Below are positions 44,006 through 52,905 of a DNA stretch of 64,000 nucleotides, one piece after another. The stretch covers positions 16,853 to 80,852 of the forward strand of contig JAYZQJ010000248.1 in assembly GCA_036149055.1 (NCBI GenBank), read 5' to 3'. Source of the DNA: Myxococcota bacterium (GTDB lineage Bacteria > Myxococcota_A > Polyangia > Polyangiales > Sandaracinaceae). Position 1 is the first letter of the stretch; each line of letters starts with the position of its first letter. The position numbers and the translations under genes were made by a program. The notes beneath the pieces were generated by a model that worked only from the letters and a program-made list of their open reading frames with translations, searched no databases and was not told where the DNA came from.

Positions 44006-45271
44006 ATGACCGACACCACCCGCGCGGGCGAGATCGACGACAGCGACGTCTCGCAGCTCATCTACGACTGGAACTCCAAGCGCTACCGCGGCCCGGTGAT
44101 CGCCAACCGCGCGTTCGAGCTGCACGACGAGACGCTCCGCGACGGCATCCAGAACCCGTCGGTGGTGGACCCCGAGATCGACGACAAGCTCGAGATCCTG
44201 CACATGCTCGAGGAGATCGGCGTCGACACCATCGACGTGGGCCTCCCCGGCGCCGGTCAGCGCGCGTTCAACGACGTGCTCCGGCTCTGCCGCGAGATCG
44301 CGGACCAGAAGATGAGCATCCGCCCGACCTGCGCCGGCCGCACCCTGGTGCAGGACATCGCGCCGATGGTCGAGGTGAGCCAGCGCGCCGGGATCCCGAT
44401 CGAGGTGATGACCTTCATCGGCTCCTCGCCGATCCGCGGGCTGGCCGAGGACTGGTCGGTGGAGCTCATCCGCCGCCGCTCGGTCGAGGCCATCGCGTTC
44501 GGCGTGAAGGAGGGTCTGCCGGTCAACTACGTCACCGAGGACACCACCCGCTCGCGCCCCGACGTGCTCTGGGAGCTGTTCCGGGCCGCCATCGACGCCG
44601 GCGCGTCGCGCCTGACCCTCTGCGACACCGTGGGCCACGTGACCCCCGACGGCGTGCGCAACCTGGTCCAGTTCACCCGCCACCTCATCGACGCCTCCGG
44701 GGCCGAGGTGGGCATCGACTGGCACGGCCACAACGACCGCGGCCTCGGCGTGGTGAACGCGATCTGGGCGCTCGAGTACGGCGCGCACCGCACGCACGGC
44801 ACGATCCTCGGCATCGGCGAGCGGGTGGGCAACGCGTCGCTCGACCAGATCCTCGTGAACCTGAAGCTGCTCGGCGTGCTCGGCGACCGCGACCTGACGA
44901 AGCTCTCCGCCCTCTGCGAGAAGGTCTCGACCGCGACCGAGTTCCCGATCCCGATCAGCTACCCGGTGTTCGGCGAGGACGCCTTCCGCACCGGCACCGG
45001 CGTGCACGCGGCCGCGATCATCAAGGCGATGGAGAAGGGCGACGCCTTCCTCGCCGACCACGTCTACTCGGGCGTGCCGGCGGGTGACTTCGGCCGCGAG
45101 CAGGAGATCGGCATCGGCCCGATGAGCGGCATCAGCAACGTCCGCTACTGGTGCCGCAAGCGCGACATCGAGCCCACCGAGGCGATCACGAAGGCGATCC
45201 TCGGCAAGGCCAAGGAGAGCAAGCGCCTGATGACCGACGCGGAGATCCACGCGGTCATCGAGCAGAGCTGA
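44006..45271 (+). CDS. LeuA-family (DRE-TIM) alpha-keto-acid acetyl-CoA synthase, short form
   Basis: DETLRDGIQ, CDTVG, HGHNDRG, GIGERVGNA, GVHAAA; no C-terminal regulatory domain. Confidence 0.85.
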   Translation: MTDTTRAGEIDDSDVSQLIYDWNSKRYRGPVIANRAFELHDETLRDGIQNPSVVDPEIDDKLEILHMLEEIGVDTIDVGLPGAGQRAFNDVLRLCREIADQKMSIRPTCAGRTLVQDIAPMVEVSQRAGIPIEVMTFIGSSPIRGLAEDWSVELIRRRSVEAIAFGVKEGLPVNYVTEDTTRSRPDVLWELFRAAIDAGASRLTLCDTVGHVTPDGVRNLVQFTRHLIDASGAEVGIDWHGHNDRGLGVVNAIWALEYGAHRTHGTILGIGERVGNASLDQILVNLKLLGVLGDRDLTKLSALCEKVSTATEFPIPISYPVFGEDAFRTGTGVHAAAIIKAMEKGDAFLADHVYSGVPAGDFGREQEIGIGPMSGISNVRYWCRKRDIEPTEAITKAILGKAKESKRLMTDAEIHAVIEQS

Positions 45272-45680
45272 GCGGGCGCGCGACGGGCCAGTGGCTCAGC
45301 GCGATCAGCGCCCCGTCCGGATCGCGGACGTAGAGGGAGAAGTCGGACTCGCGCTCGACCGGGTACCCGGCGGCCTCGAGCCGGCTCCTCCAGCGTTCCC
45401 TGTCGAGTGAGTCGATCTGCATCGCGAGGCAGTGCAAGCCGGCCTCGTGATCGTGGCGTGTGGCCTCACCGGGCGCTTCCTCCACGGCCAGGAATGCACG
45501 CTCCTCGTCGGCGGAGTCACCGAACGCGAGCCACACCGATCGGAGGCTCCCATCTTCGCGGTGCCACCGGCGCAGCTCCTCGAGCCCGAGCGCGTCGCGA
45601 TAGAATTCCAGCGCTCCTGGGAGATGTTGTACGCACACGGCGACGTGGTGCACGCGACCGGCCCGCATCGTTCCGCTCAT
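45255..45680 (-). CDS. VOC/glyoxalase-family protein
   Basis: VHHVAV, FYRDALGL, GLHCLA, LYVRDPDG. Confidence 0.85.
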   Translation of the reverse strand: MSGTMRAGRVHHVAVCVQHLPGALEFYRDALGLEELRRWHREDGSLRSVWLAFGDSADEERAFLAVEEAPGEATRHDHEAGLHCLAMQIDSLDRERWRSRLEAAGYPVERESDFSLYVRDPDGALIALSHWPVARPLSSAR

Positions 45681-45694
45681 GGGCTCCTTTCGGA

Positions 45695-45714
45695 TCTGCA
45701 AGCCGTCGCTTTCA
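45695..45714 (+). promoter_or_regulatory. Candidate upstream activator site, copy 1
   Basis: TCTGCAAG-CCGT-CGCTTTCA matches TCTGAAAG-AGGG-CGCTTTCA at 46427. Confidence 0.55.
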
Positions 45715-45784
45715 GGGGTGGGACGGATCGAGGGCAGACCGCGACCAGGGTCGCACGATCGGGCGAGGATCGGGGCCCCGAGCG

Positions 45785-45801
45785 TTGGCACGCAGCTCGC
45801 T
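45785..45801 (+). promoter_or_regulatory. Sigma54 -24/-12 promoter of candidate sRNA 1
   Basis: TTGGCACGCAGCTCGCT: GG-N10-GC. Confidence 0.75.
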
Positions 45802-45811
45802 AAGGTTCGGG

Positions 45812-45926
45812 GCAGGCATGACACCACGGCGGGCGATTGCCCCCCCGACCGCCTGCCAAAGTCATGTCGGTCTTTCACGACCCCGGCGCAACTCCCCCCC
45901 AGCGCCGGGGTCGTGTGCTAATTTTT
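45812..45926 (+). ncRNA. Candidate sigma54-dependent sRNA, copy 1 (two C-rich-loop hairpins)
   Basis: Stem GGCATGAC/GTCATGTC with inner GGCGGGCG/CGCCTGCC and loop ATTGCCCCCCCGAC; stem CACGACCCCGGCGC/GCGCCGGGGTCGTG with loop AACTCCCCCCCA; then ATTTTT. Confidence 0.7.
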
Positions 45927-45928
45927 GC

Positions 45929-46080
45929 TGGAGGGTTTGGGGCAAACCCTCCCCCCATGGGGCGGAGCGCCCATGGGGCCCCCCTCCCGACTCCGTCGGC
46001 GCCTCGCGCGCTTCGCGCGCTGGCGCCGCGTACCCCGGCGACGGGGCGCCGGGGGCCCTGCGGCTCGCGCTCGCGCTGTG
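45929..46080. repeat. Dispersed palindromic (REP/MITE-like) element
   Basis: GGAGGGTTTG..CAAACCCTCC hairpin similar to 63911 onward; GGGGCGCCGGGGGCCCTGCGGCTCGCGCTCGCGCTG occurs inverted at ~60744-60779. Confidence 0.65.
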
Positions 46081-46358
46081 CGCTCGCTGGCCGCCTTTCA
46101 CCGGTTCGCCACCCCGCTCGGCGGCTCCCGCTCGCGCTTTGCGCTCGCTGGCCGCCTCTCACCGATTCGCCACGGCTGCCGCCCGCGGCTCCCGCTCGCG
46201 CTTTGCGCTCGCTGGCCGCCTCTCACCGATTCGCCACGGCTGCCGCCGGCGGCTCCCGCTCGCGCTTTGCGCTCGCTGGCCGCCTCTCACCGATTCGCCA
46301 CGGCTGCCGCCGGCGGCTCCCCGCTTCGCGCTCTGCGCTCGCTCGCCGCTTCACCGAG
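46060..46358. repeat. About five tandem 61-64-bp repeats
   Basis: GCGGCTCCCGCTCGCGCTTTGCGCTCGCTGGCCGCCTCTCACCGATTCGCCACGGCTGCCGCC; units start at 46060, 46121, 46185, 46249 and 46313. Confidence 0.9.
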
Positions 46359-46422
46359 CTGGCGTGCTGGGGGTCTCCAGGGCGGGATCTCCAGGGCGGG
46401 ATCACTGGTGGGAGATTGACTT

Positions 46423-46453
46423 CCATTCTGAAAGAGGGCGCTTTCAAGAATGG
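46423..46453 (+). promoter_or_regulatory. Candidate upstream activator site, copy 2 (inverted repeat)
   Basis: CCATTCTGAAAG-AGGGCG-CTTTCAAGAATGG, about 80-110 nt upstream of the predicted +1. Confidence 0.6.
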
Positions 46454-46507
46454 AGGAGATGATGGGTGTCATGGGGGCGGATCGGCTTCGATCAGGCGAT
46501 CTCGGGG

Positions 46508-46524
46508 TTGGCACGGGTGTCGCT
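46508..46524 (+). promoter_or_regulatory. Sigma54 -24/-12 promoter of candidate sRNA 2
   Basis: TTGGCACGGGTGTCGCT: GG-N10-GC. Confidence 0.75.
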
Positions 46525-46534
46525 ACTAGGGTGA

Positions 46535-46646
46535 GTGACATGGCGAATCGGCTGGCGACGTAGCCCCCCCCTGTTGCTCGCCCGCCATGTCTATCTTCGG
46601 CGGCCTCGGTGCGACTCCCCCCCAACGCATCGAGGCCGCCTTCTTT
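46535..46646 (+). ncRNA. Candidate sigma54-dependent sRNA, copy 2 (two C-rich-loop hairpins)
   Basis: Stem GACATGGCG/CGCCATGTC with loop TAGCCCCCCCC; stem GGCGGCCTCGGTGCG/CGCATCGAGGCCGCC with loop ACTCCCCCCCAA; then TTCTTT. Confidence 0.7.
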
Positions 46647-46705
46647 CCGTCCGTCCATGGGTTTGACGGTTCTCGCGCGGAGGCCGAGACTCGGCACCGC
46701 GAGGT

Positions 46706-47815
46706 GTGGGTTTGGGGTCTCGAACCGTTCTGATCTTGCTCGGGCTCGGGCTGGCCGGCTGCGGGGGCGAGGTGGTGGAGGAGTCGGCGCCGGCCGCGCC
46801 TCCGGTGCGCCTGGACGACGTGGTGTCGACCGAGCGGGTGCCGCACGCGGCGGGCACGGCCGAGCTGGAGCCGCTCCGGCGCGCGACGCTGTCGGTGGAG
46901 GCGCCCGGGCGGGTGGTGGCCATCGACATGGAGCGCGGGCAGCGGGTGGAGGCGGGCGACGTCCTGGTCCGCCTCGACGTGGGGCGCACCGCGGTGGCCA
47001 CGGCGGCGGCGGCCGCGAACGTGACCCAGGCCGAGGCCGCGCTCGCTCAGGCGGAGCGGGAGCGGGGGCTGGCCGAGCGGCTGGTGGAGAGCGGGAGCGC
47101 GTCGGCGCGCTCGCTCGATCAGGCGCGAGACGCGCAGTCGCTGGCCGAGGCCGCGCTCGACGCGGCGCGCGCGCAGGTGCGCCTCTCACGGCGGGGGCTG
47201 ACCGAGGCGGTGCTCCGGGCGCCGTTCGGAGGCGCGGTGATCGAGCGCCGGGTGGAGCTCGGCGAGTACGTGATGCCGGGCTCGCCGATCGGCGAGCTGA
47301 TGGACGCGAGCCACCTCCGGGCCGAGGTCCTGCTGGATCCCCGGGAGGCGCTCGACGTGACCCCCGGCGCGAGCGTGCGGGCCCAGGTCTTCGCGCGCCC
47401 CGGCGAGGTGTTCGCCGGCGAGGTGCTCCGGGTGGGCGAGGCGGTCGACCGGCGGACCCGACGGCTGCCGGTGGAGGTCGAGATCCGCGATCCCGAGGGT
47501 CGGCTGCGCCCGGGCCTGGTCGCGCGCTTCGAGGTCGCGACCGGGGCGCCGCGCGAGGTGCTGACGGTCGACGCGGACGCCGCGTTCGAGCGCTTCGAGG
47601 TGCTGCAGGTCTACGTCGTCGACGGCGAAGGCGTGGCCCACCGACGCGCGGTCTCGCTCGGCCCGGTCGAGGACGCGCGGGCCGAGGTGCTCGAGGGGCT
47701 CGAGGCGGGCGACCGGGTCGTCGTCGAGGGCCAGGACCGGGTGCTCGACGGGGAGGCGGTGACGGTGGTCGAGCCGGACGCGCCCAGCGAGCCGAGGGCC
47801 GCGCGTGTCGACTGA
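46706..47815 (+). CDS. RND efflux periplasmic adaptor (MFP) lipoprotein
   Basis: Lipobox LAGC; GQRVEAGDVLVRLD, LRAPFGG, LRPGL, GLEAGDRVVVEG. Confidence 0.9.
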   Translation: MGLGSRTVLILLGLGLAGCGGEVVEESAPAAPPVRLDDVVSTERVPHAAGTAELEPLRRATLSVEAPGRVVAIDMERGQRVEAGDVLVRLDVGRTAVATAAAAANVTQAEAALAQAERERGLAERLVESGSASARSLDQARDAQSLAEAALDAARAQVRLSRRGLTEAVLRAPFGGAVIERRVELGEYVMPGSPIGELMDASHLRAEVLLDPREALDVTPGASVRAQVFARPGEVFAGEVLRVGEAVDRRTRRLPVEVEIRDPEGRLRPGLVARFEVATGAPREVLTVDADAAFERFEVLQVYVVDGEGVAHRRAVSLGPVEDARAEVLEGLEAGDRVVVEGQDRVLDGEAVTVVEPDAPSEPRAARVD

Positions 47816-50800
47816 GCCGGAGGAGGAGCCTCCGTCCCTCGCGCGGTTCAGCGTGCGTCAGCCGGTGCTCGTGAACCTCGTCGCCATCGCGATGATGGCC
47901 ACCGGCGCGCTCGTGCTCTCCCAGATGACGCGCGAGGTCTACCCGATCGTGCCGATCGGCGCGGCGAGCGTGGTGACGCTGATGCCCGGGGCGTCCGCCG
48001 AGGAGGTGGAGCAGCTCGTCACCGCGCCGATCGAGGACGAGCTCGCCGGCGTCGAGGACGTCGACGTCATGACGAGCACCTCGAGCGACGGCATGAGCTT
48101 CATCTGGGTGGAGCTCGAGCCGACGGTCGAGGACGTCGGCCGCAAGGTGCTGGAGATCACCAACGAGGTGAACCGGGCCGCCGGCACGCTGCCCGCGGGC
48201 GCCGAGTCCCCGGTGGTGCGCGAGGCCGCCGTCCGCCCGCCGATGATGGCGGTGACCGTGCGCGGGAACGTGCCCGAGCGGGTGCTGCGCGCGGTGGCCC
48301 GCGAGCTCGAGGAGCGCATGGAGCGCCTCAGCGGGGTGAGCGAGGCGCGGCCGACCGGGATCCGGGAGCGCGAGATCCACGTCGACGTCGACCCGGACCG
48401 CCTGAGCGCCTACGACCTGCCGCTCTCGAACGTGGCCAGCGCGCTCTCGATGCGCGGGGCCAACGTGCCCGCCGGGCAGATGGAGACCGGGCGCCGGAGC
48501 CGCATCGTGCGCGGCATGGCCCAGGCCGCGACCGCGGCGCAGATCGGCGAGGTCGTGGTCCGCCCGGATCCCGACGGCGGCGCGGTGCGGGTGCGCGACG
48601 TCGCCGACGTGGAGGAGGGCTTCGAGCGGGCGCGCACCCTCTCGCGGGTCGACGGCGAGCCGGCCATCGTCTTCGTCATCCAGAAGGAGGACGGCGCCGA
48701 CGCGCTCCGGGTCGCGGCCGCGATCCACGCGCTGCTCGACGAGACGCGCGAGACCCTGCCGCCGGGGGTGCAGCTCAGCGTGTTCGGCGACACCTCGCAC
48801 TACGTCCGCGCCAACCTGAACACCCTCTACGCCAACGCGGCGATGGGCCTCGCGCTGGTGCTCGCGATCCTCTGGATGTTCGTGGGCTTCCGCAACGGGC
48901 TGATGGCCGCGCTCGGCATCCCGGTCGCCATCGCCGGCGGGGTGGTCGTGATGCACTCGCTCGGCATCACGATCAACATGCTCTCGCTGCTCGCGCTGAT
49001 CCTCTCGCTCGGGATCATCGTCGACGACGCGATCATCATCATCGAGAACGTCTTCCGGCACATCGAGGAGGGCATGCCGCGGCGGCGCGCCGCGATCGTG
49101 GGCTCGATGGAGGTGTTCTGGCCGGTCGTCGCCTCCACCGCGACGACCTGCTCGGCGTTCCTGCCGCTGCTCCTCATGACGGGGGTGCTCGGGGAGTTCT
49201 TCGCGATCATCCCCAAGGTGATCGTCGCCGCGCTCCTGGCGTCGCTGATCGAGGCGTTCTTCATCCTGCCGAGCCACATGGCCGACTTCGGCGCGACCGA
49301 GGCGTCGAAGAAGAGCGAGCAGGGCGGGCGGAGCGGCCGCCTCGCCGCGTGGGTCGAGCGGACCTTCACCCGCGTGCTGAAGGCCGCGCTCCGGCGGCGC
49401 GTGCTGACCGTGCTCGGCACCTACGCGATCTGCGTCGGGCTCATCGCCGCCGCGGTGGCGCTCAAGAGCGTGACCCTCTTCACCGAGGGCGACGTGGAGG
49501 CCTTCGACGTGCGGGTGCGCATGCCGACCGACGCCGCGCCGGAGGAGACCGACCGGGTGCTGGCCGAGATCGAGCGGCGCATCCTCGAGCTCGGCGACGA
49601 CGACGTCGACGCGGTGATCGGCACCCGCGGCTACTCCCGGACCCGCACCTGGAACGTGACCGGCGACCACGTCGGCTCGGTCAGCGTCTACATGGTCCCG
49701 CGGCACGAGCGGAGCAGCCAGGAGGCGGGCACGCAGCTGATGGAGCGCGTCGCGCACCGCTTCGACGACATCGTCGGGCCGGCGAACCTCGAGGTCGTGA
49801 AGCTCGAGGACGGCCCCCCGACCGGCGCGCCGGTGGCGGTGCGGGTCATGGGTGAGGACCTCGATCACCTGGCCGAGATCAGCGAGCGTGTGCAAGCGGA
49901 GCTGCGCCAGGTGCGGGGCGTGCGCGACGTCGGCGACGACCACCAGCTCGGCAAGGGCGAGCTGCGCGTGACCGTCGACGAGGAGCGCGCGGCGCTGCAC
50001 GGCCTGACCACCGCCGCGGTGACCGCCTGGCTGGGGACCGCGTTCGGCGCGACCCCGGTGGCCACGACCCGCGAGGGCGAGGAGGAGGTCGACGTGGTCG
50101 TGCGGGTCCGCGAGGACGCGCGCGGCGACCCCGAGCGGCTCGGGCAGCTGACCCTGGTGACCCCGAGCGGGAGCACGGTGGCCCTCCGCGAGGTGGCCCG
50201 GATCGAGATGGGGCGCGGGCTCTCCGCCATCGAGCGGCGCGACCGGCGGCGCACCATCACCGTGACCGCGGAGCTGGTCGAGGGCTCGGGCGTGCAGAGC
50301 GCGGACGCGAACGCCGAGCTGGCGAGGCGCATCGCGCCGCTGATGGCCGCCAACCCCGACATCCGCTTCGAGCTCGGCGGCGAGTACGAGGAGACCCAGG
50401 AGTCGCTCGACTCGCTCTTCCTGGCGTTCCTGATCGCCGCGCTCCTCATCTACACGATCCTGGCCACCCAGTTCCGCTCGTTCCTGCAGCCGCTGGTGGT
50501 GATGACCGCCATCCCGCTCTCGCTCATCGGGGTGAGCATCGGCTTCCTGGTCAGCGGGGAGGCGGTCGGCCTGATCGGCCTCATCGGCGTGGTCGGGCTC
50601 GCCGGCATCGTGGTGAACGACTCGCTGGTGCTCGTCGACTTCATCAACAAGCGGCGCGAGGCGGGCACCCCGATCGACGAGGCCATCGTCGAGGCGGCGC
50701 GCCTCCGGCTCCGCCCCATCTTCCTCACCAGCGTGACCACCATCGCCGGCCTCTTCCCGCTCGCGCTCGGGGTCGGGGGCCGCTCGGAGCTGCTCGCCCC

Positions 50801-50981
50801 GATGGCCACCGCGATCAGCTGGGGCCTGACCTTCTCGACCGTGCTGATCCTGGTGATCGTGCCTTGCCTCTATCGAAGCGTGGACGGGCTCGGCGGTGGC
50901 TTGTCGCGACTGTTCGGTCCGCTTTTCCGCGTGGCCACCGGCAGGCGCCGAGTCGCCCCCGAGCCCGCGCCCGCCGAGTAG
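47805..50981 (+). CDS. RND efflux permease (AcrB/AcrD/AcrF family)
   Basis: 1058 aa; GIIVDDAIIIIEN, RLRPIFLTS; about 12 TM helices. Confidence 0.95.
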   Translation: MSTEPEEEPPSLARFSVRQPVLVNLVAIAMMATGALVLSQMTREVYPIVPIGAASVVTLMPGASAEEVEQLVTAPIEDELAGVEDVDVMTSTSSDGMSFIWVELEPTVEDVGRKVLEITNEVNRAAGTLPAGAESPVVREAAVRPPMMAVTVRGNVPERVLRAVARELEERMERLSGVSEARPTGIREREIHVDVDPDRLSAYDLPLSNVASALSMRGANVPAGQMETGRRSRIVRGMAQAATAAQIGEVVVRPDPDGGAVRVRDVADVEEGFERARTLSRVDGEPAIVFVIQKEDGADALRVAAAIHALLDETRETLPPGVQLSVFGDTSHYVRANLNTLYANAAMGLALVLAILWMFVGFRNGLMAALGIPVAIAGGVVVMHSLGITINMLSLLALILSLGIIVDDAIIIIENVFRHIEEGMPRRRAAIVGSMEVFWPVVASTATTCSAFLPLLLMTGVLGEFFAIIPKVIVAALLASLIEAFFILPSHMADFGATEASKKSEQGGRSGRLAAWVERTFTRVLKAALRRRVLTVLGTYAICVGLIAAAVALKSVTLFTEGDVEAFDVRVRMPTDAAPEETDRVLAEIERRILELGDDDVDAVIGTRGYSRTRTWNVTGDHVGSVSVYMVPRHERSSQEAGTQLMERVAHRFDDIVGPANLEVVKLEDGPPTGAPVAVRVMGEDLDHLAEISERVQAELRQVRGVRDVGDDHQLGKGELRVTVDEERAALHGLTTAAVTAWLGTAFGATPVATTREGEEEVDVVVRVREDARGDPERLGQLTLVTPSGSTVALREVARIEMGRGLSAIERRDRRRTITVTAELVEGSGVQSADANAELARRIAPLMAANPDIRFELGGEYEETQESLDSLFLAFLIAALLIYTILATQFRSFLQPLVVMTAIPLSLIGVSIGFLVSGEAVGLIGLIGVVGLAGIVVNDSLVLVDFINKRREAGTPIDEAIVEAARLRLRPIFLTSVTTIAGLFPLALGVGGRSELLAPMATAISWGLTFSTVLILVIVPCLYRSVDGLGGGLSRLFGPLFRVATGRRRVAPEPAPAE

Positions 50982-51156
50982 CCAGCCAGTCACCCTCACG
51001 TGCGGGTGTAGGGAGACTCCCGATATCGGAAGCCGCAAGGGTATGCGACACCTCGCCGGGTCGACGCGCGCTCCCGGGCGGTCGCGCAGCACCCGCGCCT
51101 GGACCGCCTACCTGGGGGGGCGGGGGCGCGCGTCGGCGTTGCGGCTCGGCCGCGTC

Positions 51157-51552
51157 TCAGCCCCGTCGGCGGCGGCGGCGCTGGTGGCGGGCGATGACGG
51201 CGCGCAGGCCCTCGATCAGCTCCTCCATGTCGACCGGCTTCCGCAGCCAGCCGTCGACGCCGGCGACGAGGCCCTCGCCGAGCGGCGGGTCGTCGAGCCC
51301 GGTCAGGATCACCAGCGGCAGATCCTCGGTGCGCGGGTCGGCTCGCAGCGCGCGGCAGAGGGAGATCCCGTCGAGCTCGGGCATCGTCACGTCGGCGAGC
51401 ACCGCGTCGGGCGGCTCGGCGAGGGCCGCGTCGAGCGCCGCCTTGCCGTGCCCGACCACCACGACCCGCCAGCCCTCGGACTCGAGGATCAGCCGCAGGG
51501 CCTCGGCCTGGGTGGGGCTGTCCTCGGCGACGAGGATGGTCTCACTCGCCAT
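51157..51552 (-). CDS. Single-domain response regulator
   Basis: ILVAED, ADVTMP, LRKP. Confidence 0.85.
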   Translation of the reverse strand: MASETILVAEDSPTQAEALRLILESEGWRVVVVGHGKAALDAALAEPPDAVLADVTMPELDGISLCRALRADPRTEDLPLVILTGLDDPPLGEGLVAGVDGWLRKPVDMEELIEGLRAVIARHQRRRRRRG

Positions 51553-51928
51553 GGTCCTCGGTCGTCTCGAGCACCACGGCGGTCTGGAGCGCGTAGACCG
51601 CCGCGCCCAGGACGAGGATCACGGCGACCACCGCGACCAGCGGCAGCATCCAGCTCGGCCCCGCCCGCCGCGAGAACTGATCGCGGTAGTACCGACCGCG
51701 GCTCCGGCGGCGGATGCGGTCCTGGATCTTCGGGAGCAGGTTGGGGACCTCGATGGCCTCGGGCTCGCCCATCTTGGAGACCAGCGCGAAGGTGTCGACG
51801 AACTCGTCGTACTCGACGCGCAGCTCCTCGTCCGCGACCAGCGCCGCGTCGAATGCCTCCCGCTGCGCTTCGTCGAGGTCTCCCTCGAGCGCCTCGCTGA
51901 AGAGGTCGCGTGCCTCGTCCGACGTCAT
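51542..51928 (-). CDS. Membrane anti-sigma factor
   Basis: EARDLFSEALEGDL anti-sigma-like N-terminus; C-terminal TM helix; coupled to the ECF sigma gene. Confidence 0.7.
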   Translation of the reverse strand: MTSDEARDLFSEALEGDLDEAQREAFDAALVADEELRVEYDEFVDTFALVSKMGEPEAIEVPNLLPKIQDRIRRRSRGRYYRDQFSRRAGPSWMLPLVAVVAVILVLGAAVYALQTAVVLETTEDHGE

Positions 51929-52560
51929 GCCTTCTTCTTCAACGTAGCCTGGTGGGGGATGGACGACCGGCGGCCCTCCGCCATTCGCCGAACCTTGTCC
52001 CGCAGCGCGTGGCGCGCGCGGTGGAGCCTGCTCTTCACCGTACCCTCGGCGAGCCCGGTGATCTCCTGGATCTGCTCGTACGTCAGGTGCTCGATGTCGC
52101 GCAGGACGATCAGCGTCCGGTGATCCTCGTCGAGCTCTCCGATCGCGGCCTTGAGGATGGCCTCCTTCTGGTAGGCCTCCATCATCTCGTCGGGCCTCGC
52201 GATCTGAGAGGTCGGGTTCATCGTGGCGCTCTCGAGGGCGCCGTGCTGCGCGACCTCGTCGAACTCCTTCTTCTTCCCGCGCGCGCGGCGCTGGAGGTAC
52301 TTGATGCGGTTCTTACAGTGGTTGGTGGCCACCCGGTAGAGCCAGGTCGAGAGCTTCGAGTCGCCCCGGAAGCCGTCGATCGACTTGAAGACCGTGATGA
52401 AGACCTCCTGAGCGAGGTCCTCCGCCTCCGCGCGGTCGCCGAGCATCCGGAACACGAGGCGATAGATACGCCCCTGGTAGAGCCGGATCAGCTCGTTGAA
52501 CGCGGCCTCGTCCCGGCGCTTCAAGCGCGCGACCAGCTTCTCTTCGTAGCCGTCGGGCAT
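51925..52560 (-). CDS. ECF RNA polymerase sigma factor (RpoE-like)
   Basis: AEDLAQEVF, STWLYRVATN, YEQIQEITGLAEGTVKSRLHRAR; an alternative start at 52620 is possible. Confidence 0.92.
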   Translation of the reverse strand: MPDGYEEKLVARLKRRDEAAFNELIRLYQGRIYRLVFRMLGDRAEAEDLAQEVFITVFKSIDGFRGDSKLSTWLYRVATNHCKNRIKYLQRRARGKKKEFDEVAQHGALESATMNPTSQIARPDEMMEAYQKEAILKAAIGELDEDHRTLIVLRDIEHLTYEQIQEITGLAEGTVKSRLHRARHALRDKVRRMAEGRRSSIPHQATLKKKA

Positions 52561-52905
52561 CGGGACGTGAAAGCCTGCCGCCGCGGCCGCCTTCTCGATG
52601 TCGAACGCCACGGTCTTCACGACCTGGGCGACAACGATCCAGCGCCACGGTTCCGCGGAAGGTAGCCGTGCACGGGGCTCCCCGTAAAGCACCGACGTGG
52701 TCCCGTCGTTTCCGACGACGGCTGACGTCGATCTGCCCCCACGACCGCCTCGAACCGCCCGGATCGAGCGTGGCCCGCCGGTTGCCACTGAACGCGGGTC
52801 CGCCCGCCGGAGGGGGCGGCGATGCGGAATTCTTCGACGTTGTGGTTCGGTCCAGCGGCGCTTGGTATCAGCGATCGTCGGGCGACGGGGATCGTTCGGG
52901 CTGCC

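Noticed and set aside
46060..46358. CRISPR array (64-bp periodicity)
   Set aside because: Whole units are near-identical, with no repeat/unique-spacer alternation.
46540..46563. Leader peptide MANRLAT for the RND operon
   Set aside because: The paralogous copy does not encode a similar peptide, and the ATG is part of the conserved stem.
46472..46630. tmRNA (GGGGGCGGATCGGCTTCGA resembles a tmRNA 5' end; GGTGCGACTCCC resembles a T-arm)
   Set aside because: Span is only ~160 nt, with no pairing acceptor stem, CCA end or tag ORF; the sigma54 sRNA model explains the sequence better.
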